DNA of 64,000 nt, taken from assembly GCF_963921235.1 (NCBI RefSeq), contig NC_086108.1:112346001-112410000 (forward strand), given 5' to 3'. The notes under the pieces were generated by a model, which made no database searches, was not told the origin of the DNA, and saw nothing but the letters and a program-made list of their open reading frames with translations. Position numbers and translations under genes: made by a program. This DNA is from Mobula hypostoma (taxonomy: Eukaryota). Positions 38,017 to 50,066 of the stretch are shown in pieces; the stretch's first letter is position 1, and the number at the start of each line of letters is the position of its first letter.

Positions 38017-39229
38017 CCCTAATGTATCTGCCTCTACCATTACCCCTGGAAGCATGTTCCACACACTCACCATTCTCTGTGTAAAAAACCAACCTCTAAC
38101 ACCCCCTATACTTACCTCTAATCACTTTAAAATTTATCCCCCCCCCGTATTAGCCATGATATTTTCTGACTTAACTTGTACTTTCCCCAACTCTAGTTTA
38201 GAGCATTGTACCATTATTTTAATAAAAATAATAAAATTAAACTGTATGCTGATTATGTTTTGAGGCAACATGGTAGTATAGCACTTAGCATAATGCTATA
38301 ACAGCATCAGCAATCACAGTTCAATTCCTGCCTAAGACCATAAGACATAGGTACAGAATTAGGCCATTCAGCCCATCAAGTCTGCTCTGTCATTCAAACA
38401 TCACTAATTTTTTACAGTTTTTATTTAGAAATACAGTACGGAACAGACCCATTTGGCCCAATAAACTACACTGCTCAGCAACCCCAGCCTAGTCACAGGA
38501 CTATTTACAATGGCCAATTAACCTACTCACTGGTCCATCCTTGGACTGTGGGAGGAAACCACAGGCACCTGGGGGAAACTCATGCTCTCATAGGAAAAAG
38601 GTACAAACTTTCTTACAGTGGGTGTCAGAATTGAACTCTGAACTCCAACTCTCTGAGCTATAATAGTGTTGTGCCAACCGCTACACGATTGTAGCACCCC
38701 AATTATCCCTGCGCCGCATTCTCCTGTTTTCTCCCCAATACCGTTGACACCGAAATGATCAAACTCCACTTTAAATAAACCCAATGACTTGGCCTCCAAA
38801 GCTGTCAGTGGCAATGAATTCCACAGATTCACCACCCTCTGACGAAAGAAATTCCTTCTCACCTGTTTGAAAGGGAGGTCATTCTGTTCAGAGGCTGTGC
38901 CCTCTGGTCCCAGACTACCCCAATAGGAAACATCCTCTCCATTTATGTAAGGAATTTGTCCATTCTCCTCATGACAGTGTGGGTTTCCTCCAAGTGCTCT
39001 GGTTTCCTCCCACATTTCAAAAACGTGTGTGTTAGTGTTAGTAAACTGTGGATATGCTATGTTGGCACTGGAAGCATGGCAACACTGGCAGTCTGGCCCC
39101 AGAACAGCCTTGGATTATGACGGTCATTGATGCAAATGATGCATTTCACGATACATTTCAGTGTAAGTATGATGACTAAAGCTAATTTTTATGAGGCATT
39201 TCACAGTGGAGACATTGTGAGAAGAAATA

Positions 39230-39845
39230 GCTGGTTGATATTCATTTCGAAAGAACTAGAATATAAAAGCAAGGATGTGATGTTGAGGATTTATAAAGCA
39301 CTGGTGAGGCCTCACTTGAATGGTTTTGGGCCCCTTATCTCAGAAAGAATGTGCTGAAACTGGAGAGGGTTCAAAGGAGGCTCACAAAAATGATTCAGGG
39401 GTTGAAAGGCTTGTCATATGAAGAGCGTTTGATGGCCCTGGGCCTGTATTCACTGGAATTCAGAAGAATTACCTCATTGAAACCTATCAAATGTTGAAAG
39501 ACCTCAATAGAGTAGATGTGGAGAGGATGTTTCCTGTGGTGGGAAAGTCTAAGACCAGAGGACACAGCCTCAGAATAGAGGTGCACCTTTTTAGAATGGA
39601 TATGAGGAGAAATTTCTTTTGCCAGAGAATGGTGAATTTGTGGAATTCATTGCCACAGATGGCTGTGGAGGCCAAGTCATTGGGTATATTTAAGGCAGAG
39701 GTTGATAGATTCTTGATTAGTCGGGACAGGAAGGGAAACAGGGAGCAAGCAGGAGAGTTGGGCTGAGAGAGAAAATGGATCAGCCACGATGAAATGGGAG
39801 AGCAGACTCAATGGGCGAAGTGGCCTAATTCTGGTCTTACGGTAT
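39230..39845 (+). mobile_element. CR1 3' fragment
   Basis: LEYKSKDVMLRIYKALVRPHL; RRNFFCQRMVNLWNSLP. Confidence 0.85.
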
Positions 39846-40245
39846 ATTAGGCAGTTACGTGGATTACGGGACATTGGAGTCTCTGTGGATCAGCTTGAGA
39901 AATTTGCTCGTCTGCAAATGTTTTGATTTATTTTGCTATTTTGAAAAATTACATCCTTCAAAAGCACAAATGCCTTCTGTAAGTAGAATAATTGTAAGTA
40001 CTAACAGCTGTCCGAGAGTTCAACCGAAATAGTTGAGGTTAGAGCAATTTACGATTAAATATTCTCTTTGAAATAACACAGATTAAAAACAATTGCTTAT
40101 AATGATGTACAAATTAATTTAACTCTTTACTTTTCTTATTGGGATGTCAATATGTTAATATTTATCATGGATTAATGCTCTGAAATCTCTTTAAACTATT
40201 GTAACCAATTTGTATAATTAAGGACAGGAAAAAGTAATTTGTCTA

Positions 40246-40802
40246 CACTCAAGGCTACATTATTAGGCACCTCCTGTACCTAATAAAGTGGCTACTGGGT
40301 GTATGTTCATGGTTTTCTGGTGCTGTACTCCATCCACTTCAAGGTCTGATGTGTTGGGAGTTCAGAGATGCTCTTCTGCACACTACTGTTGTAACGTGTG
40401 CTATTTGAATTACTGTCACCCTCCTGTCAGTTTGAACCAGTCTGGCCATTCTCCTCTGTCCCCTCTCCTTAACAAGGTGTTTCTGCCCGCAGAATTGCTG
40501 CTCACTGAATGTTTTTTGTTTTTCACTCCACTTTCTGTAAACTCCAGAGACTGTTATGCGTGAAAATCCTAGGAGATCAGCAGGTTCTGAGACTCAAACC
40601 ACCCCATCTGGCACCAACAATCATTCCATGGTCAAAGTCACTTAGATCACATTTCTTCCCCATTCTGATGTTTGGTCTGAACAGCAACAGAAACTCATGA
40701 CCAAGTCGGCATGCTTTTATGCATTGAATTTCTGCCATATGATTGGCTGATTAGATTCAAGGGCAGGTGTACAGGTGTACCGAATGACATGGTGACTGAG
40801 TG
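40246..40802 (-). mobile_element. Non-autonomous Tc1 with three TIRs and a transposase N-terminal relic
   Basis: TA-flanked cactca...actgagtg; minus ATG at 40663 gives MGKKCDLSDFDHGMIVGAR... (HTH region, frameshifted). Confidence 0.8.
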
Positions 40803-41074
40803 TATATAACAGTAATTAATCTGGTAAACAATAGCAATTTGTTGTTAGTATGCTAAGTTGGCACTGGAAGCATGGCAACACTTCCCCCAGCACATCTCCG
40901 GACAGTGTTGGTCACTGACACAAACAATGCTTTTCACTATATGTTTCAATGGTTTGATTGTTTTTGTGATAAAATAATAAATCTGATATTTAATCTTGAA
41001 TTGTGATTCAGTATCAGAATCAGCTTTCATATCTCTGGCATATCTCATGAAATTTGTTGTTTTGCAGGAGCAGT

Positions 41075-42203
41075 ACTTTGAGAAAGTAAAGAGGCATGGG
41101 ATCAAAGGGGACCTTGCTTTGTGGATACAGAACTGGCTTGCCCACAGAAGGCAAAGAGTGGTTGTAGACGGATCATATTCTGCTTGGAGATTGGTGACCA
41201 GTGGTGTGCCTCAGGGCTCTGTTCTGGGACCCCTTCTCTTCGTGATGTTTATAAATGACCCAGAGGAGGAAGTGAAGAGATGGGTTAGTAAATTTGCTGA
41301 TGTCACAAAGGTTGGGAGTGTTGTGGATAGTGTGGAGGGCTGTCAGAGGTTACAGCGGGACATCGATAGGATGCAAAACTGGGCAGAGAAGTGGCAGATG
41401 GAGTTCAACCCAGATAAGTGTGAGGTGGTTCATTTTGGTAGGTCAAATATGATGGCAGAATATAGTATTAATGGTAAGACTCTTGGCAGTGTGGAGGATT
41501 AGAGGGATCTTGGGGTCCATGTCCATAGGACACTCAAAGCTGCTGCGCAGGTTGACTCTGTGGTTAAGAAGGCATACGATTCATTGGCCTTCATCAACCG
41601 TGGGATTAAGTTCAAGAGCCGAGAGGTAATGTTACAGCTGTATAGGACCCTGGTCAGACCCCACTTAGAGTACTGTGCTCAGTTCTGGTCACCTCACTAC
41701 AGGAAGGATGTGGAAACTACAGAAAGGGTGCAGTGGGTGCAAGGATGTTGCCTGGATTGGGGAGCATGCTTTACGAGAATAGGTTGAGTGAACTTGCCCT
41801 TTTCTCCTTGGAGCGACGGAGGATGAGAGGTGACCTGATAGAGTTGTATAAGATGATGAGAGGCATTGGTCATGTGGATAGTCAGAGGCTTTTTCCCAGG
41901 GCTGAAATGGCTAACAGGAGAGGACGCAGTTTTAAGGTGCTTGGAAGTAGGTACAGAGGAGATGTCAGGGGTAAGTTTTTTTACTCAGGGAGTGGTGAGT
42001 GCATGGAATGGGCTGCCGGCAGTGGTGATGGAGGCGGATACGATAGGGTCTTTTAAGAGACTGCTGGATAGGTACATGGCCCTTAGAAAAATAGAGGGCT
42101 ATGGGTAATCCTAGGTAATTTCTAAAGTAAGTACATGCTTGGCACAAAATTGTGGGCCAAAGGGCCTGTTTGTGCTGTAGGTTTTCTATGATTCTATGTT
42201 TCT
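41075..42203 (+). mobile_element. CR1 (subfamily B) 3' fragment
   Basis: [35 protein letters not shown]; (tttctatg)n tail. Confidence 0.9.
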
Positions 42204-42699
42204 AATACAAAATATTTTTTTGTTTTAAAATTACAATAACTTAAATATATATATATATATATATATAAACACATACTGTATATAATTAAATAAGTAGCAA
42301 CAAGAGAGAAAGAAAAGGGAAAAAGTAGTGAGGAGTGTTCATGGGTTCATTGCCCATTCAGAAGTCTGGTGACGGAGGGGAAGAAGCTGTTCCTGAAACA
42401 TTGAGTGCCTGTCTTCTGGCTCGTGTTCTTCCTCCTTGATGGTAGCAATGAGAAGAGGGCACGTTCTGGTTGATGAGGGTCCTTAGTGATGGATGCTGCA
42501 TTTTTTGAGGCATCACCTTTTGAAATTGTTCTGGATGCTGGGGAGGTAAGTGCCCAAGAAGGAGCTTACAAGTTTCTGCAGTTTTTCCCGATCCTGTATA
42601 TTGGCCTCTCCATACCAGACAGTGATGCAACTAGTTATACTGCTCTCCATGGTGCATCTGTGGAAATCTGCGAGTCTTTGATGACATATACAAAGCATC

Positions 42700-43083
42700 A
42701 CAAGAGTTGCCAGTCAGTGAGGAACTCAATGCAGGACTGCCTTCAGGACTCCAGCTCTGGGTTTTTCCTTGGGATTTACTCCTGAAGCCTTCCCCGTGAG
42801 TGGATATAGCTGCAAGGGAGTGAGGTTTGAGATCAAAGTGTTTCTTCTCCTAGATGCGCTGCCAACCACAGCTGATGAGCCCCATCTGCCTGAAGCAACT
42901 GGATTTAAGGCACCTTTGCTCCTTCTATCAGTGGATATAGTTCTGTTGGACTTAGTATCTAAACCACATGTAAAGGCCAGGAGCTGAACTTGGTTGTCAG
43001 AGACTACTTGAGATGCACGCAATTGGAGTATTTAAAAGCTTAATCCACTACCCACACTCCACAGGCAGTGACAGCCTTAAGGA
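42700..43083 (-). mobile_element. RTE-related short element (5' UTR-like sequence)
   Basis: Minus strand ggcagcgcatctaggagaagaaacactttgatctcaaacc resembles an RTE 5' UTR motif. Confidence 0.45.
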
Positions 43084-44009
43084 ATTTCAACAGGTCAATA
43101 TTCTTGGTTTTATGTTTTATGGTCAGTGAGTCATTTTTTTTCTCAAAAGATTAGACAAAATCCTTTTTTCCTCACTTTGTATCTTCACTTAAGGCTACAA
43201 CCGCGAAGACAGCACTAAGGTTGGAATCAAACCCAGGTGTCTGGAGCCACAGCTGAAGTCATTGTGATAATGATCACATCATCTGGTTTCGACCACACTA
43301 CTGTTTCTGGGAAACAATTTAGACTGCAGATACTGGAATCTGCAACACAAACAAAAACGCTGGAAGAATTCACCAAGTTAGACTGTATCTGTGAAAGAGA
43401 AACGAGTTAATGCTTCATGTCAAGGATACTTTCCTAGAAGGATCTACGATTTGAGGAAGGGTAGTTAACCTAAAAAGCTGAGGGTGTCTTTTCTCAAGGA
43501 TGCTGTTTGACTAAGCAAGTTCTTCTGGCATTTCTATTTTGGTTGTGTACAAGAGCCGTAGAGCAATATAGCTCAGTTACAGGCCTTTCACCCAACTGGT
43601 CCGTGCTGACCACAGCATCCTCCCTGATAGTCCCAGTTGCCCAGCATCAGCCCAAACCCCTCCAAGCCCCTCCCTCCCCTCCTTGGACCTATCCAAATGT
43701 TGTAATTTTACTTGCCTTGGCCACTAGCAGCTCATTTCTGGTACTCACCATTCTCTGTGCAAAGAAGTTTCTCTTAGATCCCTAACTTGTATCTGTGTCC
43801 TTTAGTTTTGGACTCTGCCACCTTGAGGAAAAGGCTATCACCTTATCCATACTCCTCATGATTGTATAAACTTCTGTGAGGTTCAAGGAATAAAGACCCA
43901 GTGTGGCCAACTTCTCCCTATAACTTAATGCTCTTTAGTCCAGGCAATGTCCTCATAAATCTCTTCTGCATCCTCTCCAGGATAACAATAACAGGGTGAC
44001 CAAACTGCA

Positions 44010-44535
44010 TAGATAGATAGATAGATGGATAGGTAGATAGATATACTTTATTGATCCCGAGGGAAATTGGGTTTCGTTACAGCCGCACCAACCAAGAATA
44101 GAGCATAAATATAGCAATACAAAAACCACAAACAATCAAACAACAAAATGCAAACTATGCCAGATGGAAAATAAGTCCAGGACCAGTCTATTGGCTCAGG
44201 GTGTCTGACCCTCCACGGGAGAAGCTGCAAGTTCGATGGCCACAGGCAGGAACGACCTCCCGTGCCGCCCAGTGTTGTATCTTGGTGGAATATGGCCGAA
44301 GTCCAACAGTAAAAAGTTCAATATCCGGTCTACAAACACGTTCCTCGATCGTAATATGACCCGGATTGCACCATCTGTTGTTAACCAGAACAGTAAGCAC
44401 CCAACTCCTTTACACTTACCACTCTCAGTGCACTTCCGGTCAGCCAGAACAGTCTGGAAGCCGTCCATGGAAAAGTTTTGATCGAGTATGTCCTCGTGCA
44501 GCCCCGTTCGAGTGAAACACATAACACTGCACTCT
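44010..44535 (-). mobile_element. Internally deleted Rex1/Babar derivative (endonuclease N-part fused to 3' end)
   Basis: CFTRTGLHEDI...DGFQTVLADR...NNRWCN...GLRPY joined to IPPRYNTGRHGRSFLP; (gata)n tail. Confidence 0.75.
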
Positions 44536-44884
44536 AATAATTCTCTAAGTCTATTTCTTGTGTCTATTTACTTATTTATTAAGCTATCAAGTGGTGTAGG
44601 CCCTTCCAGCCCTTCGTCCACACTGCCCTACAACTCCCAATGTAGTCCTAACCCAATCATAGGACAATTTGCAATGACCAGTTAACCTATCAACAGGTGC
44701 ATTTTTGGAATGTGGGGCAAAACCAGACTGCCCAGAGAAGTCCCACACAATTACAGGAAGAATGTACAAACTCCTTACAGGCAGTGACAGGAATTGAACC
44801 CGGGTTGCTGGTACTGTAAAGAGTTATGCTAACCACTTTGCTGGTACAACTACACTGTGTAGTCCAACCAAACTTATATAACTG

Positions 44885-45169
44885 TGTGGCGACCCACTTT
44901 CTACGCAGGCGAACCAGCTCACAAAATGGCACGCGTCGACAGCGAGGCCAGCCCCAAAATGACGCTGGACCTTCTTCACCAGCAAGGGGAGAAAGCCCGC
45001 GCATGGGAAGAGACTTTTGTAATGCACCTCTGACGTCATTTCCGCCCGGAGAGGGCGGGAACGGAACTGCATAAAAGCCAGTGCCGCAAAGTTTGAATAA
45101 ACTAGTCTCGAGTGCAACTTACAGACTGCGTGTCGTTATTTCTAGCTCTGTGTGTAGCACACAGCTGCA
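44885..45169 (+). repeat. 5' LTR
   Basis: Direct repeat of 48945-49234; contains tgacgtca and aataaa. Confidence 0.95.
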
Positions 45170-45170
45170 T

Positions 45171-45183
45171 TGGTGACCCCGAC
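45171..45183 (+). other. Primer-binding site for tRNA-Trp
   Basis: tggtgaccccgac is complementary to the 3' end of vertebrate tRNA-Trp (...GUCGGGGUCACCA). Confidence 0.85.
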
Positions 45184-45208
45184 AGTCCAAACGGGATTTG
45201 GACCAAAG

Positions 45209-45889
45209 ATGATCGATTCTTCCCCTGTTCACGCAGTTTCCCTAAAACTGCCAACTTTCTGGACGCTGCGACCACGTGTCTGGTTTGACCAAGCAGAAGC
45301 CCAGTTCCAGATTCGGCAGATATCTTCTGATTCCACGCGTTACTATTACGTGGTGAGCTCCTTTGACCAGGACACAGCCACACGGGTTGAGGATTTCATA
45401 CTGTCACCCCCGGAAGAAGGCAAATATGCAGTATTCAAAGCACTACTCATAGGGACCTTTGGCCTCTCATGGTGTGAGCGAAGTGCCCGCTTGCTGCACC
45501 TGGACGGTTTGGGAGACAGGCCGCTGTCAGCATTAATGAACGAAATACTGGCCCTGGCTGAAGGACACAAGCCCTGCCTCATGTTTGAGCAGGCGTTCCT
45601 GGAGCAATTGGCCGACGCAGATTTCAGTGACCCCCGGAAGGTGGCGGCCCGGGCGGACGTGCTTTGGAAAGCCAAGAGGGAGAGCGGGGTGTCCATCAGA
45701 CAGATTACAAAGCCACGCGCCCAACAGCAGGCCAGACCAGGCCCGGCAACGGAGTGCACACAACCCAGAGGCAGGAGTGAGGAGGCCAATGAACAGTGGT
45801 GTTTCTACCACCAGCGGTGGGGCACAGAAGCTCGCCGTTGTCGCCCGCCCTGCAAGTTCCCGGAAAACGCCAGGGCCAGCCACCGCTAA
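45209..45889 (+). CDS. gag: Gypsy Gag-like protein (frame open; start codon uncertain)
   Basis: AVSLKLPTFW...WFDQAEAQF N-terminus; C-terminal CFYHQRWGTEARRCRPPC Cys/His motif. Confidence 0.8.
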   Translation: MIDSSPVHAVSLKLPTFWTLRPRVWFDQAEAQFQIRQISSDSTRYYYVVSSFDQDTATRVEDFILSPPEEGKYAVFKALLIGTFGLSWCERSARLLHLDGLGDRPLSALMNEILALAEGHKPCLMFEQAFLEQLADADFSDPRKVAARADVLWKAKRESGVSIRQITKPRAQQQARPGPATECTQPRGRSEEANEQWCFYHQRWGTEARRCRPPCKFPENARASHR

Positions 45890-48800
45890 TGGCCACGGCG
45901 GCTGGCCACCAGGACAGCCTCCTGTATATCTGGGACAAACAGTCGGAACGCCGCTTCTTGGTCGACACCAGAGCGGAAATCAGCGTTTTACCCCCGACGG
46001 GGTATGACACCCGCAAAAAGGAGACGGGACCCTGAGGGCTGCAAATTGCAGCACGATTCGGACTTACGGCACCCGCACATTGCAGCTGAAGTTCGGCGCC
46101 AGCCGGTTCACGTGGGACTTAACACTGGCCGCCGTGGCCCAACCACTCCTGGGGGCAGACTTTTTGCGAGCTCACAGCCTGCTGGTCGACCTGCAAGGGA
46201 AAAGACTGGTCCATTGCAAGACTTTCCAGATGTTCTCCCTGGGTGAAGCCAAATTACCGGCCCCACACCTGAACTCCATCACACTGTCTGACAACGAATT
46301 CACCAGAATCCTGGCGGACGTTCCATCAGTTCTGGCACCTCAGTTCACGGCAGTCATGCCCAGACACGGAGTACAGTACCACAATCTGACCCAAGGACCA
46401 CCCCTGTGCACGAAGGCTCCCCCCAGACAAGCTCCACCTGGCGAAGGAGGAGTTCAAGAGGATGGAGGAATTTGGGATCATACGGCGGTCCGACAGCCCA
46501 GGGGCCTCCCCCTTGCACATGGTGCCCAAAACGGCCGGGGGCTGGAGACCATGCGGTGACTACCGCAGGCTGAACAAGGCTACAACTCCAGACAGCTACC
46601 CCGTGCTGCACATACAGGACTTTGCAGCAAACCTACACGGGGCAAGCATCTTTTCCAAAGTAGACCTCATCTGGGGATACCATCAAATCCCGGTATACCC
46701 TGAAGACATCCCCAAAACAGCACTCATCACCCCGTTCAGCCTGTTCGAATTCCTCCGAATGCCGCTCAGCTTGAAGAATGTCGCACAGACGTTCCTGTGG
46801 TTAATGGACGCGGTGGGATGCCACCTGGACTTTGCATTCATCTATTCATCTATTTGGACGACATCCTCATAGCCAGCAGTAGTCGTCAAGAGCATCTGTC
46901 CCACCTCCACCATCTCTACTCCCGCCTGAGTGATTTTGGCCTCACAATCAACCCGGCCAAATGCCAGTTCGGACTCGACACCATCGACTTCCTGGGCCAC
47001 AGGATTACCAAAGACGGGGCTAACACTTCTGCCCGCCAAGGTAGACGCGATCCGCCACTTCGCCCGGCCCAACACAGTCAAAGGCCTGCAGGAGTTCATT
47101 GGTATTGTGAACTTCTACCACTGTTTCCTCCCCTTAGCAGCCCATATCATGCGCCCTTTGTTCACCCTGATGTCGGCTAAAGGCAAGGACATGACTTGGG
47201 ACGAAGAGGCCGCGACCACTTTCATTAAAACCAAGGAAGCCTTGGCAGACGCCGTAATGGTGGTGCACCCCAGAACGGACGTTCCAACCGCCCTCACAGT
47301 GGACACACCCAACACAGCAGTTGGTGGGGAGTTGGAGCAACTTATCGAGGAGCGCTGGCAACCCCCGGCGTTCTTCAGCAGGCACCTACAGCCACCCTAA
47401 CGCAAGTACAGTGCCTTCGACTGGGAGTTGTTGGCACTATATCTGGCTATCCGGCATTTCAGGTACTTCTTAGAAGGCAGGCCGTTCACCGCATTCGCGG
47501 ACCACAAACCGTTGACCTTCTCATTCACAAAGGTGTCCAATCCCTGGTCAGCCCGCCAGCAGTGACATCTGTCCTACATCTCTGAGTACACGATGGACAT
47601 CCAGCATGTCTCGGGAAAGGAGAATGTCATGGCGTACGCACTCTCCAGACCAGCTATCCAGGCCCTGTCCCAGGGGGTGTCCCAGCACTGGCGGAGGTGC
47701 AGCAGGCAGACGACGAGATGCTGAGCTACAGGACCGCAGTCTCGGGTTTGCAACTGCAAGACCTCCTCGTAGGTCCAGGTGAGAGGACCCTCCTGTGTGA
47801 CGTAGCTACAGGCCAACCTTGCCCCATCGTCCCGGCAGCCTGGCGGCGGCAAGTTTTCGATTCCATGCACAGCTTGGCGCACCCATCTATCAGGACAACT
47901 GTCCAGATGGTCTCCAGCAAGTTCGTGTGGCACGGACTTCACAAACAGGTCAGCGAATGGGCCAAAACGTGCACTCAGTGCCAAACGGCCAAGGTGCAGC
48001 GGCATACCAAGGCCCCGCCGCAGCAGTTCGAACCCACCCGCCGGAGGTTTGACCACATTCATGTGGATATCGTGGGGCCCCTGCCAGTGTCACGAGGAGC
48101 GCGGTACCTCCTAACTATGATAGACCGGTTCACCAGATGGCCAGAGGCGGTCCCACTCACCGACACCACCTCCGAATCCTGCGCCAGAGCACTAATCACA
48201 ACCTGGGTAACACGCTTCGGGATACCGGCCCACATTACCTCCGACAGAGGTGCCCAGTTCACCTCCAGCTTGTGGTCGGCTGTGGCCAGCCTACTGGGAA
48301 CACAGCTACACCACGCAACTGCCTACCACCCACAGTCGAACGGACTAGTGGAGGGTTTCACCCATCACCTGAAGTCGGCTCTCATGGCCCGCCTGAAGGG
48401 GCCTAACTGGGTGGACGAGCTTCCCTGGGTCCTGCTTGGAATCCGCACAGCGCCCAAAGAGGATCTGCACACCTCATCGGCCGAGCTGGTGTACGGCACA
48501 CCCCTGGTCATCCCAAGAGAGTTCATACCAGCCCCAAGGGGGCAAGAGGAAGAACCCACAGCAATCCTGGACAGACTACGCTAAAGGCTTGGCAACCTGG
48601 CCCTCGTACCGACTTCACAGCACGGACAGATCCCGACCTGCGTACCCAAATACCTGCAGAACTGTAAGTGTATTCGTACGAAGGGACGCAAACCGGGCAC
48701 CGCTACAACAGCCGTATGATGGGCCGTTCAAGGTGATCAGTAACAACGGGTCCATGTACGTTCTGGACATTGGGGGGAGAGAGGAGGGTTTTACGGTGGA

Positions 48801-48900
48801 CCGACTCAAACCGGCCCATGTGGACTTGACACAGCCGGTCGAGGTTCAGGCACCGTGGCGCAGAGGCAGACCCCCCAAACAGAGACTGATCCAGACTGTG
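45862..48900 (+). pseudogene. pol: Gypsy Pol (protease, RT, RNase H, integrase) with multiple frameshifts and stops
   Basis: FLVDTRAEISV (DTG mutated); [15 protein letters not shown]; integrase HHCC, VDIVGP, SDRG, NGLVE; GPF motif; 8-bp duplication attcatct at 46836-46851. Confidence 0.95.
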
Positions 48901-48944
48901 AACATTGGGGGGGTGTATCACCAGTTCTGGCGGGGGGGGGGAGA

Positions 48945-49234
48945 TGTGGCGACCCACTTTCTACGCAGGTGAACCGGCTCACAAAATGACGCACGCGTTG
49001 GCAGAGAGGCCAGCCCCAAAATGGCGCTGGGCCTTCTTCTTCACCAGCAAGGGGAGAAAGCCCGCGCGCGGGAAGGGACTTTTGTAATGCACCTCTGACG
49101 TCATTTCCGCCAGGAGAGGGCGGGAATGGAACTGCGTAAAAGCCAGTGCCACGAAGTTTGAATAAACTAGTCTCGAGTGCAACTTACAGACCGCGTGTCA
49201 TTATTTCTAGCTCTGTGTGTAGCACATGGCTACA
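48945..49234 (+). repeat. 3' LTR
   Basis: Direct repeat of 44885-45169. Confidence 0.95.
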
Positions 49235-49499
49235 ACTGCAACATTATGTCCCAATTCTTAAACTTGATATCCTGAATGATGAATGAATTTGGTTTACTAT
49301 TCCTGTTTTGTTCCTTTCCATGATTGACCAGGCAGAAATTTCAACACTGGTTTGCCATTGCCTTCTGTTGCCGCAGTGCTCATCTACCTAGAGCATGTGA
49401 CCTCTGCTGGTGTTCCCAACTGGGAATCATACACTAGACGTCGCCGAACCTTTGCTGTTGTTGTACAAAGACAATCCTCCACCAAAGTTTGGAATCCAT

Positions 49500-50066
49500 C
49501 TCTGGGCCATGTCATCAGAAAGGGAGAAATAGAAATGCGTTACATTATGGGCCGGCTGATGGCGCAACGACATCGGCGCCGGACCCGGGAGCGGAGGTTC
49601 CCGGGTTCGAAACTAGTCGGGTCTGCTCCCGAGTACACTTTCCATCTGTGCCGGGTTGAGTGTTGAGATCACAATTCGACCTCATAAAATAAAAGGGAAA
49701 AATACTGTGAAAATATCTGTGTGAGGAGTGGTGCGCCACACAGTCTCTCTCTCGCTCCGCACCTTGTAAAAACCATGAAAAAGGCATCATCACGGACACG
49801 CAAACGCACACACACAGACACACACTCACACGCACAGACTCGCAGGCACACAGGCACATGCCAAAAAAAAAGAATGCGTTACATTACAAGGCCATATGCC
49901 TGGGAAATGCGGAAGAAGAAGGCAAAGAAGAAAATACACGGACACTGTGAAAGAACTAACAGATCTAAGTGTGCGAGATATCATTGACGCTGCGAGGGAT
50001 TGTTCAATGTGGAGAGCCATGATCGCCCAAGCGTGTAATGCGCAAGGCACGTGAAGAAGAAGAAGA
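49500..50066 (+). mobile_element. RTE LINE 3' fragment interrupted by a SINE
   Basis: LGHVIRKGEIE...LQGHMPGKCGRRRQRRKY; (gaa)n tail. Confidence 0.75.
49548..49872 (+). mobile_element. Young tRNA-derived SINE with CA-rich 3' part and oligo-A tail
   Basis: A-box tggcgcaacga (49560-49570), B-box ggttcgaaac (49604-49613), 14-bp TSD aatgcgttacatta. Confidence 0.85.

Larger units (their letters stand above)
44885..49234 (+). mobile_element. Full-length Ty3/Gypsy LTR retrotransposon (defective)
   Basis: Two LTRs (TG...CA), TSD actg (44881-44884, 49235-49238), PBS, G-rich PPT (~48929-48944), domain order gag-PR-RT-RH-IN. Confidence 0.97.

Noticed and set aside
42930..43083. HDV-like ribozyme at an RTE-like 5' end
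   Set aside because: Could not build the P1/P1.1/P2/P3 double pseudoknot by eye; the copy is decayed
48600..48944. env gene or chromodomain after integrase
   Set aside because: The integrase GPF region runs almost directly into the PPT and 3' LTR; no room and no motif
49549..49625. tRNA gene
   Set aside because: A/B boxes are present but it continues into a SINE body with tail and TSD; no clear cloverleaf
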